IMG/VR virus record: IMGVR_UViG_3300009131_000001
Location: 1-17,813 of that record
DNA: 17,813 bases
DNA from: a virus
Lineage: Duplodnaviria > Heunggongvirae > Uroviricota > Caudoviricetes
Reading direction: 5' to 3' (one strand)
Shown here one piece after another: positions 13,601 through 17,813 of this stretch. Below the pieces are notes generated by a model, which saw only the letters and a list, made by a program, of their open reading frames with translations, did no database searches and had not been told where the DNA came from. Each line of letters begins with the position of its first letter. The stretch's first letter is position 1. Made by a program: the position numbers and the translations under genes.

Positions 13601-14895
13601 AAGCGAAAAATAGTCCAATATTAAATGTAACTAGTAAAATTGCTCAAAATATAGAATCTAAAACTTCAATATTAAAAGTAATAAATAAGGAAGATAGAAT
13701 TGATCTCTATGATCCTACTACTAATTCTTCTTTAATATTTACAAAAAATGAGGAAAAAGCTATTGATAGTATTGTTAATGATATTAAAAATTCTCAGGGA
13801 GATGTAAACTATATTAAAGCAGTGACTTTTAATAATGAAGTGCATAATAGTCCACAAAGTGTTAAAAATTTAAATATTAAAATAAGAAATAAATTATGGG
13901 GAGAACAGTCTAAAAATCAATTTAATATTGGAGAAATTTTAACAGCCTATGATGGGTATAGAAGAGATATTGGGGCAGATACTGATGAACAACCAATATT
14001 TAATTCAGAAGATTATACAGTTAGCGGAATAGAGAATATAAAGAATCTTAGGCACACTATTTTAGTACAATCAAAAAAACAAGGTACGAGAACATTTACA
14101 TATAATTATGATATAGTAATTGTGTCTTTAAAGGATTCTGATGGTAATGATATTGTAGGGTATTCTGTGCCTGTAATTGCTGAGGCATCTAAAGAACAAT
14201 TTGAAAAAGATTTAAGACATTTGTGGAATACTGATAAGCAATTAGCATTTAAATTAAAAGAGCAGTTTGCTAATTTACACTATGGTTATGCAATAACTTC
14301 TCATAAAGCTCAAGGTTCTACTTATAAAAATGTATATGTATTTGAAGATAATATTTTAGGGAAATCTAATGCTAGTTCTATAGTAAATAAAAATAAATCT
14401 CTATATGTAGCTACTTCTAGAGCAAGTAATAAATTAGTGGTAGTAAGTAATGATAATATAAAATCTGATGCAACTGTATCTAAACCAACATTTGATACTT
14501 CTAAATTTACTCTTACCCCAGAAGATTTTACAGAAGGAGATATTATAGAATCACTTGCTGTATTTGAAGAAGAGCCATTTAACTCATTACCAAGTAGAAA
14601 GGATGTTTATAATCAGTTTAAAATTTGGGATGGTAAGTTAAATAGACCTGAGACTTGGAGTATGAATGTTGACAGAAATGCTTTAATTAAGATTGCTCAG
14701 AATATCAATAAGAATAATGAAGTATATTCTGCTAAAGTAGAGCAACAACAATTCTTAGATAAGGGTAAGTATTCTACTAAACAGTATATACAACTAACCA
14801 TGAAACCTGAATTTAATAACTTGAATACTAGAATGGAATACATAATGAATAATAAGGAGAAGTTGGAAGAGTTGATGAAGACTTGTAAGTATTAA
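1681..14895 (+). CDS. Giant virion-associated RNA polymerase polyprotein, crAss-like (hydrophobic N-terminal region + RNAP + zincin peptidase + SF1B helicase), 4404 aa
   Basis: Uninterrupted 4404-codon ORF in the standard code. Catalytic DxDxD loop GSDFDVDKLY (DFDVD 9859-9873) preceded by MRIPNQG (9739-9759), matching the RIP...DFDxDK signature of crAss-like two-barrel RNAPs. Zincin and helicase motifs lie downstream. Confidence 0.92.
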   Translation: MGKKRLDTYADFNPTPKQNTPIFEGLGKAYAKSTLTSPEFAGDYGLRDTTKYDVGTVAEDIPNIERIRGERQSALSQAGAFANQAILGEVVGGTIMTLGALAEIPELVYKGLTESESEFNNAIFEAGDSLSKWTREVTPIYQTGDRFSDTGWWFQNGVSVASAASMLLPGAGVAKGVGKIGQLMKWSKTATQLAETGLGALTMRHAENFREANGIFQSVYNEALNKGLDEETARKHASDAAALDYGANYANLAFDVIQLGALMKPTKAWTRNIGGLEYGLAKGLGKLPESKLGRAMYWSKDKLLPQLSEGVEEVVNTVSQKEAERYGRILNDPTKDDKTDFTQRLGNYLGDAETIDSFIWGVAGGAAFQGIGNLLGLDQSNNVVQNKLAEVAKRQDTMGNYLSNISAASNKDIITDSEGNIIEDFRDADRADVTRYIDSQMDKMAFDLSQSASRAGNVDFLLEHIESPDFTKQMVESGITTPEEARERVSKIKNEIELGEKLYKQSFNRYYNLDVPQEVKNYLTDKTTALEYGRAKVAEMKDTYSREYNDNYAQDEYLKAYGSNPAVQNTIDVMSHQIAIEGLTQQLQSAKKEDKEDIKNTIGKLQNSLQDIQSNRFGNVDPNLINPSVYESKARQLVFQHQFDNLSEDIAKEQSPENIKKTEKKVEKTKESIKSGIANNEVTKKKEEKSKRVAANKSIIKDKEAFTLKPEEIPTQEEIDRTFETDEGEVVDVLGEETSTNLELVGKYEADPNYDLKVGDLLEDGSIVHKINKITTGIRKGQIGIIEIKSPDGKVSHHDSRKIRFDIYRSSDVISEQEYNQFVNTGKVSNDRLQSIASKVINKEELSSRENSIFTNKTADINTIIREVSGDITPQSSRLQEYNTKKQELDTERNNILSQYDAFEAETGEKFTKERKELEEAYRANLDKLNKEYVDAIPEGEKLEAEVEDTVEETSNIPEGFNEDSAKEVNNDINSIDDEFLDNDNIKKLKNSYNAMARLDREYAIRNGKYQEVSNDLHPNLYKPVLNPNKYAPGTKITLRVADRNDIPVTDPVTGMITTWGSIKNSVNYNEQVPIEIVDEDNNVLGYYHDINWTSNSDKVVNPLEDSEEAKKIRDYVVSRGEVETSITENRFGVLNRTMDNKKYPVNQIVEDPNVTIAVAENAVELFEKNNFNLVNNFFASPLHKGWNYMIVQVGKKLGTDAYIALPLSNMTYDELSKSNEDLFHKIHYSVEAAINIYVKNGDNLTTGEKSLYESIKSKLGLELASPQGIVSYLGAFLHNDKKSPLGEKSQFKFENGNITFRRKKPTKGQATQFFVGKNVADKEKMFQILHDNIESMLKAQFFNTSKEYVNEDVNIPLLTESGEVETMNYLHIVKSATKTNIMGKEVDTNPDGSKVYSYTVQKVIRFDTSFIEPKPTGTDDTTVTIVNDIVEESDVEYEELEPMEFNFVDDGYSFAVSEDKFDSLSNSLNSLLVKDLGFARQDDIVQYITERSLSKLSENKSINIKATTDELRDTFNKNTATVEFNIKKIKTNILKAKQLKKSDDVTKFEQQLTNLENFKTLLSQVNASWDNLVGFAIKRLERLNGIKVVDNQDDDTEFENDLFEIEGDENANWKESDLTTDRKKSLSRDVKLFCSGIVDLKNDGQPNKTWIGTNRLMSFDTVYNTVQALTPNLPPNLDVIKDELSKSVDAFPWLNDFISKLDNAKDSTKKSIVKALTNYYSNTTSYKYSKDDSGNYFVRVFESDATSMGKVILNSWESNFNRSRLVTYDETLKLDESAVNIWLDRYDNLVKTKGVNVSIEDVVGLLNEVGVVLSNGAMQDIKNNGIEISKRKTIKLNTILSDSASPLVVIKEFLELNKGKELTTKLTTNTALKVLAQLQNRFESKLHSNSQKSGGRTIFSYGKPKFFINRFRRFNDYVEGKDTEMGKILNSPFVTNLLWAKSLKDIHKREAFMANFDYEIADLEPISELGEKSRKGRELTNVSPAEVELFRLSGLMAKRADKSGGKNRVISLVHPTTSDKSTIHSITSIAADLKFNPDGSFTEESYKILFDNLILPEIIRIRHFEALRDKGIDISKFEGWADGWDKFMTIPEMNSYEELFIGDNLNPDLESNYRDIIDRVLKKHITALVEEKTRLWDKYSIGLDIKNANNKVVETSKFLDNDYLGYLASKGAKDNTRVAAIYDMVGQYLIGDTNTWGLFNTDPAQYFDKKALKAWNEGNKDLAIQKVFENMGKRLAADIAPGEESVANDSGTITYAFVKDPKVTSLRFEQLKEQFGDSIANAYDGMDGTDAQEFVTLQEHLFNMDADGLLPDGMYDIIAKTIQEEISKGNHYYTDTIIANLNAINPDLGSKFKELVFQVKKPVYVENVFDSDLGVERRVYVKSSAYPLTPELCAQVQMDDVRIAMEQQGIQRLAFATATKVGNYKKNIELFDTDGNVKPNIDFSTSKMVVPRSGLRDQMPVPYDEMKKEIKKVSQASKNLFVNIKDVPGMAELEQEYLNTYHEIFKEQYAKLQSEVLNENDTLNIQNLREILLEEAAGRGYPLSDFQMLELDENLRLLPFSPNAAKYESLLNSIVENRVDKVMLPGKSFVLSTELGYKVKPAEILEGNAENISKLKGKGLVTTRNFTGELLPQRLEDGAVKPAQVIMPFKFRDNNGNLLHIEDFMDGDGFVDTSKLPESVLKLFGMRIPNQGPNSQSAIEVVGFMPHSAGDVIVATKDYLAQMGSDFDVDKLYAYMFETEYRDGRIVKKDSLKNKIVDIHLQIHANPDPRVQRQIAKPIGEWKLKDIANEVTKLKPKDHTPFSPASDNYQKMKFINAVSGKAGTGVYSVASMFIANMQGKSLIYKVTDELGNKVPIQLNIGNTVWNGDISNIYTIRTQNLIENAGGYNKLNDDEKKQITYKSEVVEGHQSVAVDNEKLQLMDKTNDNKFTFNYTIAAMSAGFEDELVWLRSQPIIFDYVEELQFLKSPLSGFFGNAESEAYHRVVEKYGFTEDMVGKSNPALLTIENMKKSIAGGNEGFKGIQNAAIETFLKLHEIGLKIQSVTSATNTDSKGIGITMLSNYAKQQAVENLVNSPIENAEKLLGNFNVDGKLVEPTTIAGFATKYGLETANNYWSNLFPYQTNSVQEMFNKILELTGSEEVGYTSKANTQQDIWTDFKSYLFSRNDLGIVEDGTDINSERDRLFIDRMDKKGNVTKKSFIAKMQEISELPEMKRRPFINRLNFTIDYNDNKNSRVGFNASAAENLEEIQIYQDIIDLLVNDRPIPNSDMTSRQMMEDLIKTQYLGGGIQEAIQFIKYIPAQYYYLIPFAEKLSNVWNELNVSNNTWLNFNSDSLPNFIEQYIQHNPNKITDIKIESFKKDDKGNTIITDKSIVTKKDDEKTSEPYVKRYNPKAKGNKTELFKFTGKFCMKGYPIYIQIPTLGAFGMSEYNANLPQGSMQTSLLMTTPTVNPIDAKNTVDNSNNNSTEISNPLTKLNKVEETAYNLGLSTKETDLKSILEKTSVTTSNPYYQLLASEMVNVVGNTKISIDNSVAGDGMYNHLEDTIKINVPSIQNPAKLADIILHEGIHGITSKTIKQYLSDKSKLPVKVREACASLDTLRNTLKDKVKDTKEYKEYLAKQYKRKKGEKIVFSLSEASQFAPLDDLFEFVSYSLTRPETQKWLNGIEYKKDQTALDRFKDLLNKIFFALRGMGFEIKSGTALSTAFKNSVVVLNAQELYESDATVVPITKLFNQYGIDYKFTLKGDVVVNAEYKQQNKEEYEELNKKNWNSKYNELLQEESKIFNKIEDTEELSDYELFPGIFANEGQRKAIDTLKNFINSDREVFTLIGRAGTGKTTILNKVLSVIPKSIRVGGAAVSHKAKKVLGKSIGNDKVSTLASMLAIKLDESTGKFTPDEFAREQGKVPIKKYKLIIVDEASMISEEMYKEILNMKNPTTKVIFVGDNAQLQPIGSEEDSPVFSINDKAKLTEITRQAKNSPILNVTSKIAQNIESKTSILKVINKEDRIDLYDPTTNSSLIFTKNEEKAIDSIVNDIKNSQGDVNYIKAVTFNNEVHNSPQSVKNLNIKIRNKLWGEQSKNQFNIGEILTAYDGYRRDIGADTDEQPIFNSEDYTVSGIENIKNLRHTILVQSKKQGTRTFTYNYDIVIVSLKDSDGNDIVGYSVPVIAEASKEQFEKDLRHLWNTDKQLAFKLKEQFANLHYGYAITSHKAQGSTYKNVYVFEDNILGKSNASSIVNKNKSLYVATSRASNKLVVVSNDNIKSDATVSKPTFDTSKFTLTPEDFTEGDIIESLAVFEEEPFNSLPSRKDVYNQFKIWDGKLNRPETWSMNVDRNALIKIAQNINKNNEVYSAKVEQQQFLDKGKYSTKQYIQLTMKPEFNNLNTRMEYIMNNKEKLEELMKTCKY
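1921..2811 (+). other. Gly/Ala-rich hydrophobic segments in the polyprotein N-terminus (possible membrane-inserting/ejection region)
   Basis: Three segments: FANQAILGEVVGGTIMTLGALAEIPELV (1921-2004), GVSVASAASMLLPGAGVAKGVGKIG (2149-2223) and SFIWGVAGGAAFQGIGNLLGL (2749-2811), in an otherwise highly charged protein. The membrane role is inference. Confidence 0.5.
4129..4329 (+). repeat. 12-bp direct repeat pair CAAGAGTATAAT (QEYN) bracketing a 63-codon segment
   Basis: Copies at 4129-4140 and 4318-4329, 189 bp apart, same frame. The sequence match is certain; its significance is not. Confidence 0.6.
8380..9900 (+). other. RNA polymerase catalytic core (two double-psi beta-barrel region); boundaries approximate
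   Basis: KRLAADIAPG (8380-8409), TDAQEF (from 8548), KSSAYPL (from 8827), ATKVG (to 8949), RIPNQG (9742-9759), DFDVD (9859-9873). The first four resemble crAss RNAP conserved blocks as I recall them; the last two are the firm evidence. Confidence 0.85.
12200..12720 (+). other. Zincin-like metallopeptidase domain within the polyprotein; boundaries approximate
   Basis: IILHEGIHG with HExxH at 12373-12387, preceded by G-x-Y-(strand) GMYNHLEDTIKIN and followed by a candidate third ligand Glu in LFEFVSYSLTRPETQKWL (Glu at 12622). Confidence 0.8.
12839..12855 (+). repeat. 17-bp direct repeat, left copy (AATCTGATGCAACTGTA)
   Basis: Identical to 14462-14478; both copies encode SDATV in the same frame. 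Confidence 0.95.
13090..14445 (+). other. SF1B (RecD2/Dda/Pif1-like) helicase domain fused in frame within the polyprotein
   Basis: Motifs in correct order: NEGQRKAI; I GRAGTGKT (13168-13191); Ia AAVSHKA; II IIVDEASM (13417-13440); III FVGDNAQLQPI (13501-13533); IV LTEITRQ (13582-13602); V YGYAITSHKAQGSTY (14281-14325); VI LYVATSRA (14401-14424). Confidence 0.92.
14462..14478 (+). repeat. 17-bp direct repeat, right copy (AATCTGATGCAACTGTA)
   Basis: Identical to 12839-12855; offset 1623 bp = 541 codons; lies about 13 codons after helicase motif VI. Confidence 0.95.
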
Positions 14896-14925
14896 TAGAT
14901 TGGGAGATTTCTCTCCCCTATTTTT
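14896..14925 (+). terminator. Intrinsic terminator after the RNAP polyprotein gene
   Basis: Stem GGGAGA (14902-14907), loop TTTC, TCTCCC (14912-14917), extendable by TAG/CTA with a bulge, then TTTTT (14921-14925); begins right after the TAA stop. Confidence 0.8.
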
Positions 14926-14956
14926 ATTCAATATGTATAAAATATAAAAAAATTTT

Positions 14957-14996
14957 TACTCAAATTGAGTACTTTTAAATTTTTGAATAAAAGTAC
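14957..14996. repeat. Two overlapping perfect inverted repeats (candidate operator/origin site)
   Basis: TACTCAA-A-TTGAGTA (14957-14971) and GTACTTTTA-N10-TAAAAGTAC (14969-14977 / 14988-14996), sharing GTA at 14969-14971. Confidence 0.65.
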
Positions 14997-15252
14997 CCTA
15001 TTGTTATTTTATAGATGCTTATAATAATAGATAGTAAAAACTTTCTAAATATTTGATTTGCAGATAATTGATTGATTTGAATATGTTGAGATAATATAAT
15101 AAATATATCGGCTCGCTATAATAACATTAATCTATACCAACACATTTATTAATCAAAATTTAATTAATAATTGTCTCACCCAAAAAATAAATCTATAACT
15201 AAAAAATGATTAATACAAAATGTTAAATAGCAATGAATAAATTTAATGTATT

Positions 15253-15285
15253 TTTGATTAACTAAAATTCCCTTACTATATTTGC
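15253..15285 (+). promoter_or_regulatory. Bacteroidota housekeeping-sigma promoter (-33 TTTG / -7 TAnnTTTG)
   Basis: TTTG (15253-15256), 20-nt spacer, TATATTTGC (15277-15285): exact consensus at canonical spacing, 25 nt before the ATG at 15310, followed by an A-rich leader with no Shine-Dalgarno. Confidence 0.85.
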
Positions 15286-15309
15286 GTAAACAAAAAAAAT
15301 AAACAAACT

Positions 15310-15768
15310 ATGGGAAAAGTTTACAATACTACAAAAAAAGTAGTGATAGATTCATCTACTGGGGAAGTGATTAGTGAAGAAAATACACAATGTTACAAAA
15401 CAAAAGAACCTGCATACATAAAAACATATGTGGATGATTTAGTTAAAATTACAAGTATTCCTGATAGGAATAAAAATGTTTTATTATGCATGTTAAAATA
15501 TGTTGGATATGGTAATGATATAGACATCTCAATTAGAATAAAAACTAAAATAGCAGTAGAATTAGGATGTGGAGTTGGGAATATTAATAATGCAATAAGT
15601 GCTTTAAAAAAAGCGGGTATTTTAATCAGCACATATAGAAGTTGCTACCTACTTAACCCAGATTATTTTGCTAAAGGGGACTGGATAGCAGTAAATAAAA
15701 TAAGAACTACTATTGAATATAGTAAAAATGGTAAGAAGATTATTAGTGATTTTATAAATACTAAATAA
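15310..15768 (+). CDS. RepL-like winged-helix DNA-binding protein (152 aa)
   Basis: VIDSSTGEV...EPAYIKTY N-terminus, HTH-like KIAVELGCGVGNINNAISALKKAGIL, and wing motif YLLNPDYFAKGDW, resembling the plasmid RepL (PF05732-type) family. A role in replication is not shown. Confidence 0.7.
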   Translation: MGKVYNTTKKVVIDSSTGEVISEENTQCYKTKEPAYIKTYVDDLVKITSIPDRNKNVLLCMLKYVGYGNDIDISIRIKTKIAVELGCGVGNINNAISALKKAGILISTYRSCYLLNPDYFAKGDWIAVNKIRTTIEYSKNGKKIISDFINTK

Positions 15769-16397
15769 GAATAGTATGATATATTTAATGCAAAATAGAG
15801 ATTTCTTTAAAATCGGATATACTGATAATTTGGAAGGTAGATTATCTTCTTTGCAAACAAGTAACCCAGAAACTATATTATTAGCTGTTATAGATGGGGA
15901 TATTAAAGAAGAGAAATTATTACACAAAAAATTTGAGAAATATAGATATTCTAATGAATGGTTTTTTAAAAGTATAGATATATACGAATATTTTAAAAAT
16001 ACTACAAATGATAATAAATATTCAAATTTATCAACTAATATATCAATTCCAGTAGATCCTAAATCTAAGATATTTTCTGATGTAAGAGCATTTAGATTTT
16101 TATTATACTTTGGTACATTTATGTCAGAATCAAGGAGAAATCATTGTGGTAATATTCTATATATTGATAATTTTATCAAGAGTTATGTTTGTAAAATGAT
16201 GCATATAGAAATACCTTCTTTTAGAAATACTTTATCTTACATGATTCATAATAATATGATGGTAAAACACCCCTCTTTAAAAAATACATACATGTTAAAT
16301 CCAAATTATTTCTATAAAGGAGAATACAGTCATCATATTAAGTGTATACAGTATTATAATACGTTAGAAAATAATAAATTAGAAGAATAATATGATA
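15767..16397 (+). repeat. 15-bp near-perfect direct repeat pair spanning two start codons
   Basis: AAGAATAGTATGATA (15767-15781) and AAGAATAATATGATA (16383-16397), 14/15 identical, 616 bp apart; each contains the ATG of the following gene. Confidence 0.7.
15776..16390 (+). CDS. T5orf172/MUG113-type GIY-YIG nuclease domain fused to a C-terminal RepL-like winged helix (204 aa)
   Basis: N-terminal IYLMQ...FKIGYT...RLSSLQTSNP...EKLLHKKF...R..NEWF pattern; C-terminal FRNTLSYMIHNNMM...YMLNPNYFYKGEY parallels the upstream protein's YLLNPDYFAKGDW. Confidence 0.75.
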   Translation: MIYLMQNRDFFKIGYTDNLEGRLSSLQTSNPETILLAVIDGDIKEEKLLHKKFEKYRYSNEWFFKSIDIYEYFKNTTNDNKYSNLSTNISIPVDPKSKIFSDVRAFRFLLYFGTFMSESRRNHCGNILYIDNFIKSYVCKMMHIEIPSFRNTLSYMIHNNMMVKHPSLKNTYMLNPNYFYKGEYSHHIKCIQYYNTLENNKLEE

Positions 16398-17813
16398 CTA
16401 TCATGCCCTGATAAAAATACTACTGACTGGAAAAAGTTAGTAACCTACTTAGGTAGTGAGCAAAAGGCTATGGCTGCTTACTATGCTAATAGAAGTGAGA
16501 TACCTTCTATTGAAGAGTTGGAAGGCAAAGGAATAGGTAAAGATGAAGTACCTAGATTCCAAAGACTTATTGATAATATACAAAGACAAGTACAAATTAT
16601 TGATAAGGAAATTATTACAGCAAGAACTAAAATGTCTGACCTTGCTAAATCTAAAAATGAAAAGGCTAAAAGAGATGCCTATCTACATTTTCAACAGCTT
16701 GAAAGAGAGAAAGATAAGTTAGTTAAACAGGCTATTGAGGTTAAAAAGTTAGATAGCATTGAGAAGATTATTCCTATTGCTGAGGAACAGATTCAACAGG
16801 CTAATAATATCCTTGAAAAAGAAATATTAACAGGTGTTGATTTAGCCAGAGTTCATACTATAGCAGATGTATGGAGTAAATCTACCTCTATAGATGCAGG
16901 TGAAACTATATTCTTTACTGAGGAAGAAATACAGGCTATTAGAGAAGGAGACCCTGTATTTAAGGAAAGACTGGATAAGCTTAACTTTATTAGAACTCTT
17001 GCTGAGGATTTGAATGGTAGATGGTTACAGGTTAGTAATATCTACCTTAATAGTATGGGTATAGATAAGTTTGGTAGTAACTTTTACTATGATTTTAAGC
17101 AAGCCTATAAAGATGCTAATTGGGCTAAGAAGATGGTTATGTCTGTTAGTGACAGTGATAATCAACTACATCAGTTGCTATTCAGAGTTGCTAAAGATGC
17201 TAATACTGAAGCAGGTATAGAAGCTAATGAACTGGTTGCTGAAATTGATAAAATGTTTAAAGGATACAAAGGAGATTATAGTGAATTTGCTCAAGAATTT
17301 TCTGATGGTAGAAAAACTGGTAATTTAGTAAGTAGATTCAGTTACAAGTACTACGAGGAAAGTAAGTTACTTAAGGATAAGTTAGATAAGGTACTACTTA
17401 ATATTGAGGAATCAGATTCTCCTTTAAAAACTAAAATGGAATTAAAGGGTAAGGCATATAAGGATTATGCTTCTAAACTTAGGAATAGATCAATTATTCT
17501 TGACCCCAGAATACTCTTTCCTGAAGGGGGTGTTAGTATAGACGAAGGTAAGAAATTAGAGCATATTAAGCTTCTTAAGGATACTTTAGGAGAGAAAGGG
17601 TATAAAGACTTCATTGAAAGATTTAGTAGCAAAATAGAGGCATTTAAAGAGCAATCTGAGGCTATTAATGAAAGGTTACAGGCTGAATATGGGGAGGAAT
17701 GGTTTAGGGAATATGAGCATTGGGATGCTGAAAATAACCCATATAGATTAGCAGAAAGATTAATTGATGGTAAAGGAGAAAGTAAGATTAATGGAGAAAC
17801 TGTTAAACCTAAC
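16392..17813 (+). CDS. 3'-truncated large protein (>474 aa), probable next virion cargo protein; absent from the supplied ORF track
   Basis: Hand translation from ATG 16392 is stop-free to the window end: MILSCPDKNTTDWKKLVTYLGSEQKAMAAYYAN...KTGNLVSRFSYKYYEE...WDAENNPYRLAE...VKPN. Codon usage returns to the core style (frequent AAG/GAG/GCT). Helical/coiled-coil-like composition. Confidence 0.85.
   Translation, partial: MILSCPDKNTTDWKKLVTYLGSEQKAMAAYYANRSEIPSIEELEGKGIGKDEVPRFQRLIDNIQRQVQIIDKEIITARTKMSDLAKSKNEKAKRDAYLHFQQLEREKDKLVKQAIEVKKLDSIEKIIPIAEEQIQQANNILEKEILTGVDLARVHTIADVWSKSTSIDAGETIFFTEEEIQAIREGDPVFKERLDKLNFIRTLAEDLNGRWLQVSNIYLNSMGIDKFGSNFYYDFKQAYKDANWAKKMVMSVSDSDNQLHQLLFRVAKDANTEAGIEANELVAEIDKMFKGYKGDYSEFAQEFSDGRKTGNLVSRFSYKYYEESKLLKDKLDKVLLNIEESDSPLKTKMELKGKAYKDYASKLRNRSIILDPRILFPEGGVSIDEGKKLEHIKLLKDTLGEKGYKDFIERFSSKIEAFKEQSEAINERLQAEYGEEWFREYEHWDAENNPYRLAERLIDGKGESKINGETVKPN

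Larger units (their letters stand above)
14926..16391 (+). mobile_element. Candidate accessory insert (moron-like) between two giant virion genes
   Basis: Sampled 60-nt lines are 13-23% GC versus mostly about 28-42% in sampled core-gene lines; it has its own promoter and two small related DNA-binding/nuclease genes that interrupt the giant-gene array. No integrase or transposase seen; boundaries approximate. Confidence 0.5.

Noticed and set aside
12839-14478. Helicase cassette as an intein or intron
   Set aside because: No Cys/Ser...His-Asn splice motifs or homing-endonuclease motifs at the boundaries, and the frame is continuous.
15072-15100. Sigma70-like TTGATT-N17-TATAAT
   Set aside because: Such matches are common in DNA this AT-rich, and a much better Bacteroidota promoter sits next to the gene.
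15146-15170. Inverted repeat TTATTAAT...ATTAATAA
   Set aside because: All-A/T arms in an extremely AT-rich stretch; not significant.
15393-15927. Minus-strand ORFs 15393-15632 and 15649-15927
   Set aside because: Fully antisense to two + strand genes with recognisable domains.
1-17813. tRNA, rRNA, CRISPR array, integrase or transposase
   Set aside because: None seen; the window is almost all coding and the non-coding gaps show no cloverleaf or regularly spaced repeats.

Overview
Phage DNA, AT-rich and entirely + strand. It is best read as the virion cargo / virion RNA polymerase block of a crAss-like (Crassvirales-type) phage of a Bacteroidota host. Order: a 5'-truncated ~540 aa gene (1-1620); a 4404 aa polyprotein (1681-14895); an intrinsic terminator; a ~1.5 kb very AT-rich accessory insert; and a 3'-truncated large gene (16392-end) missing from the ORF track. 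The polyprotein carries Gly/Ala-rich hydrophobic N-terminal segments, a crAss-type single-chain RNA polymerase (RIPNQG, GSDFDVDK), a zincin metallopeptidase domain (HEGIH...EFV) and a complete SF1B RecD2/Dda-like helicase. The insert has a consensus Bacteroidota promoter, a RepL-like winged-helix gene and a T5orf172/GIY-YIG::RepL-like fusion gene. Most striking: the helicase lies between two perfect 17-bp direct repeats exactly 1623 bp (541 codons) apart and has shifted codon usage, so it looks like an in-frame, precisely removable cassette plugged into the virion RNAP. All family assignments come from motif recognition by eye; no database searches were run.
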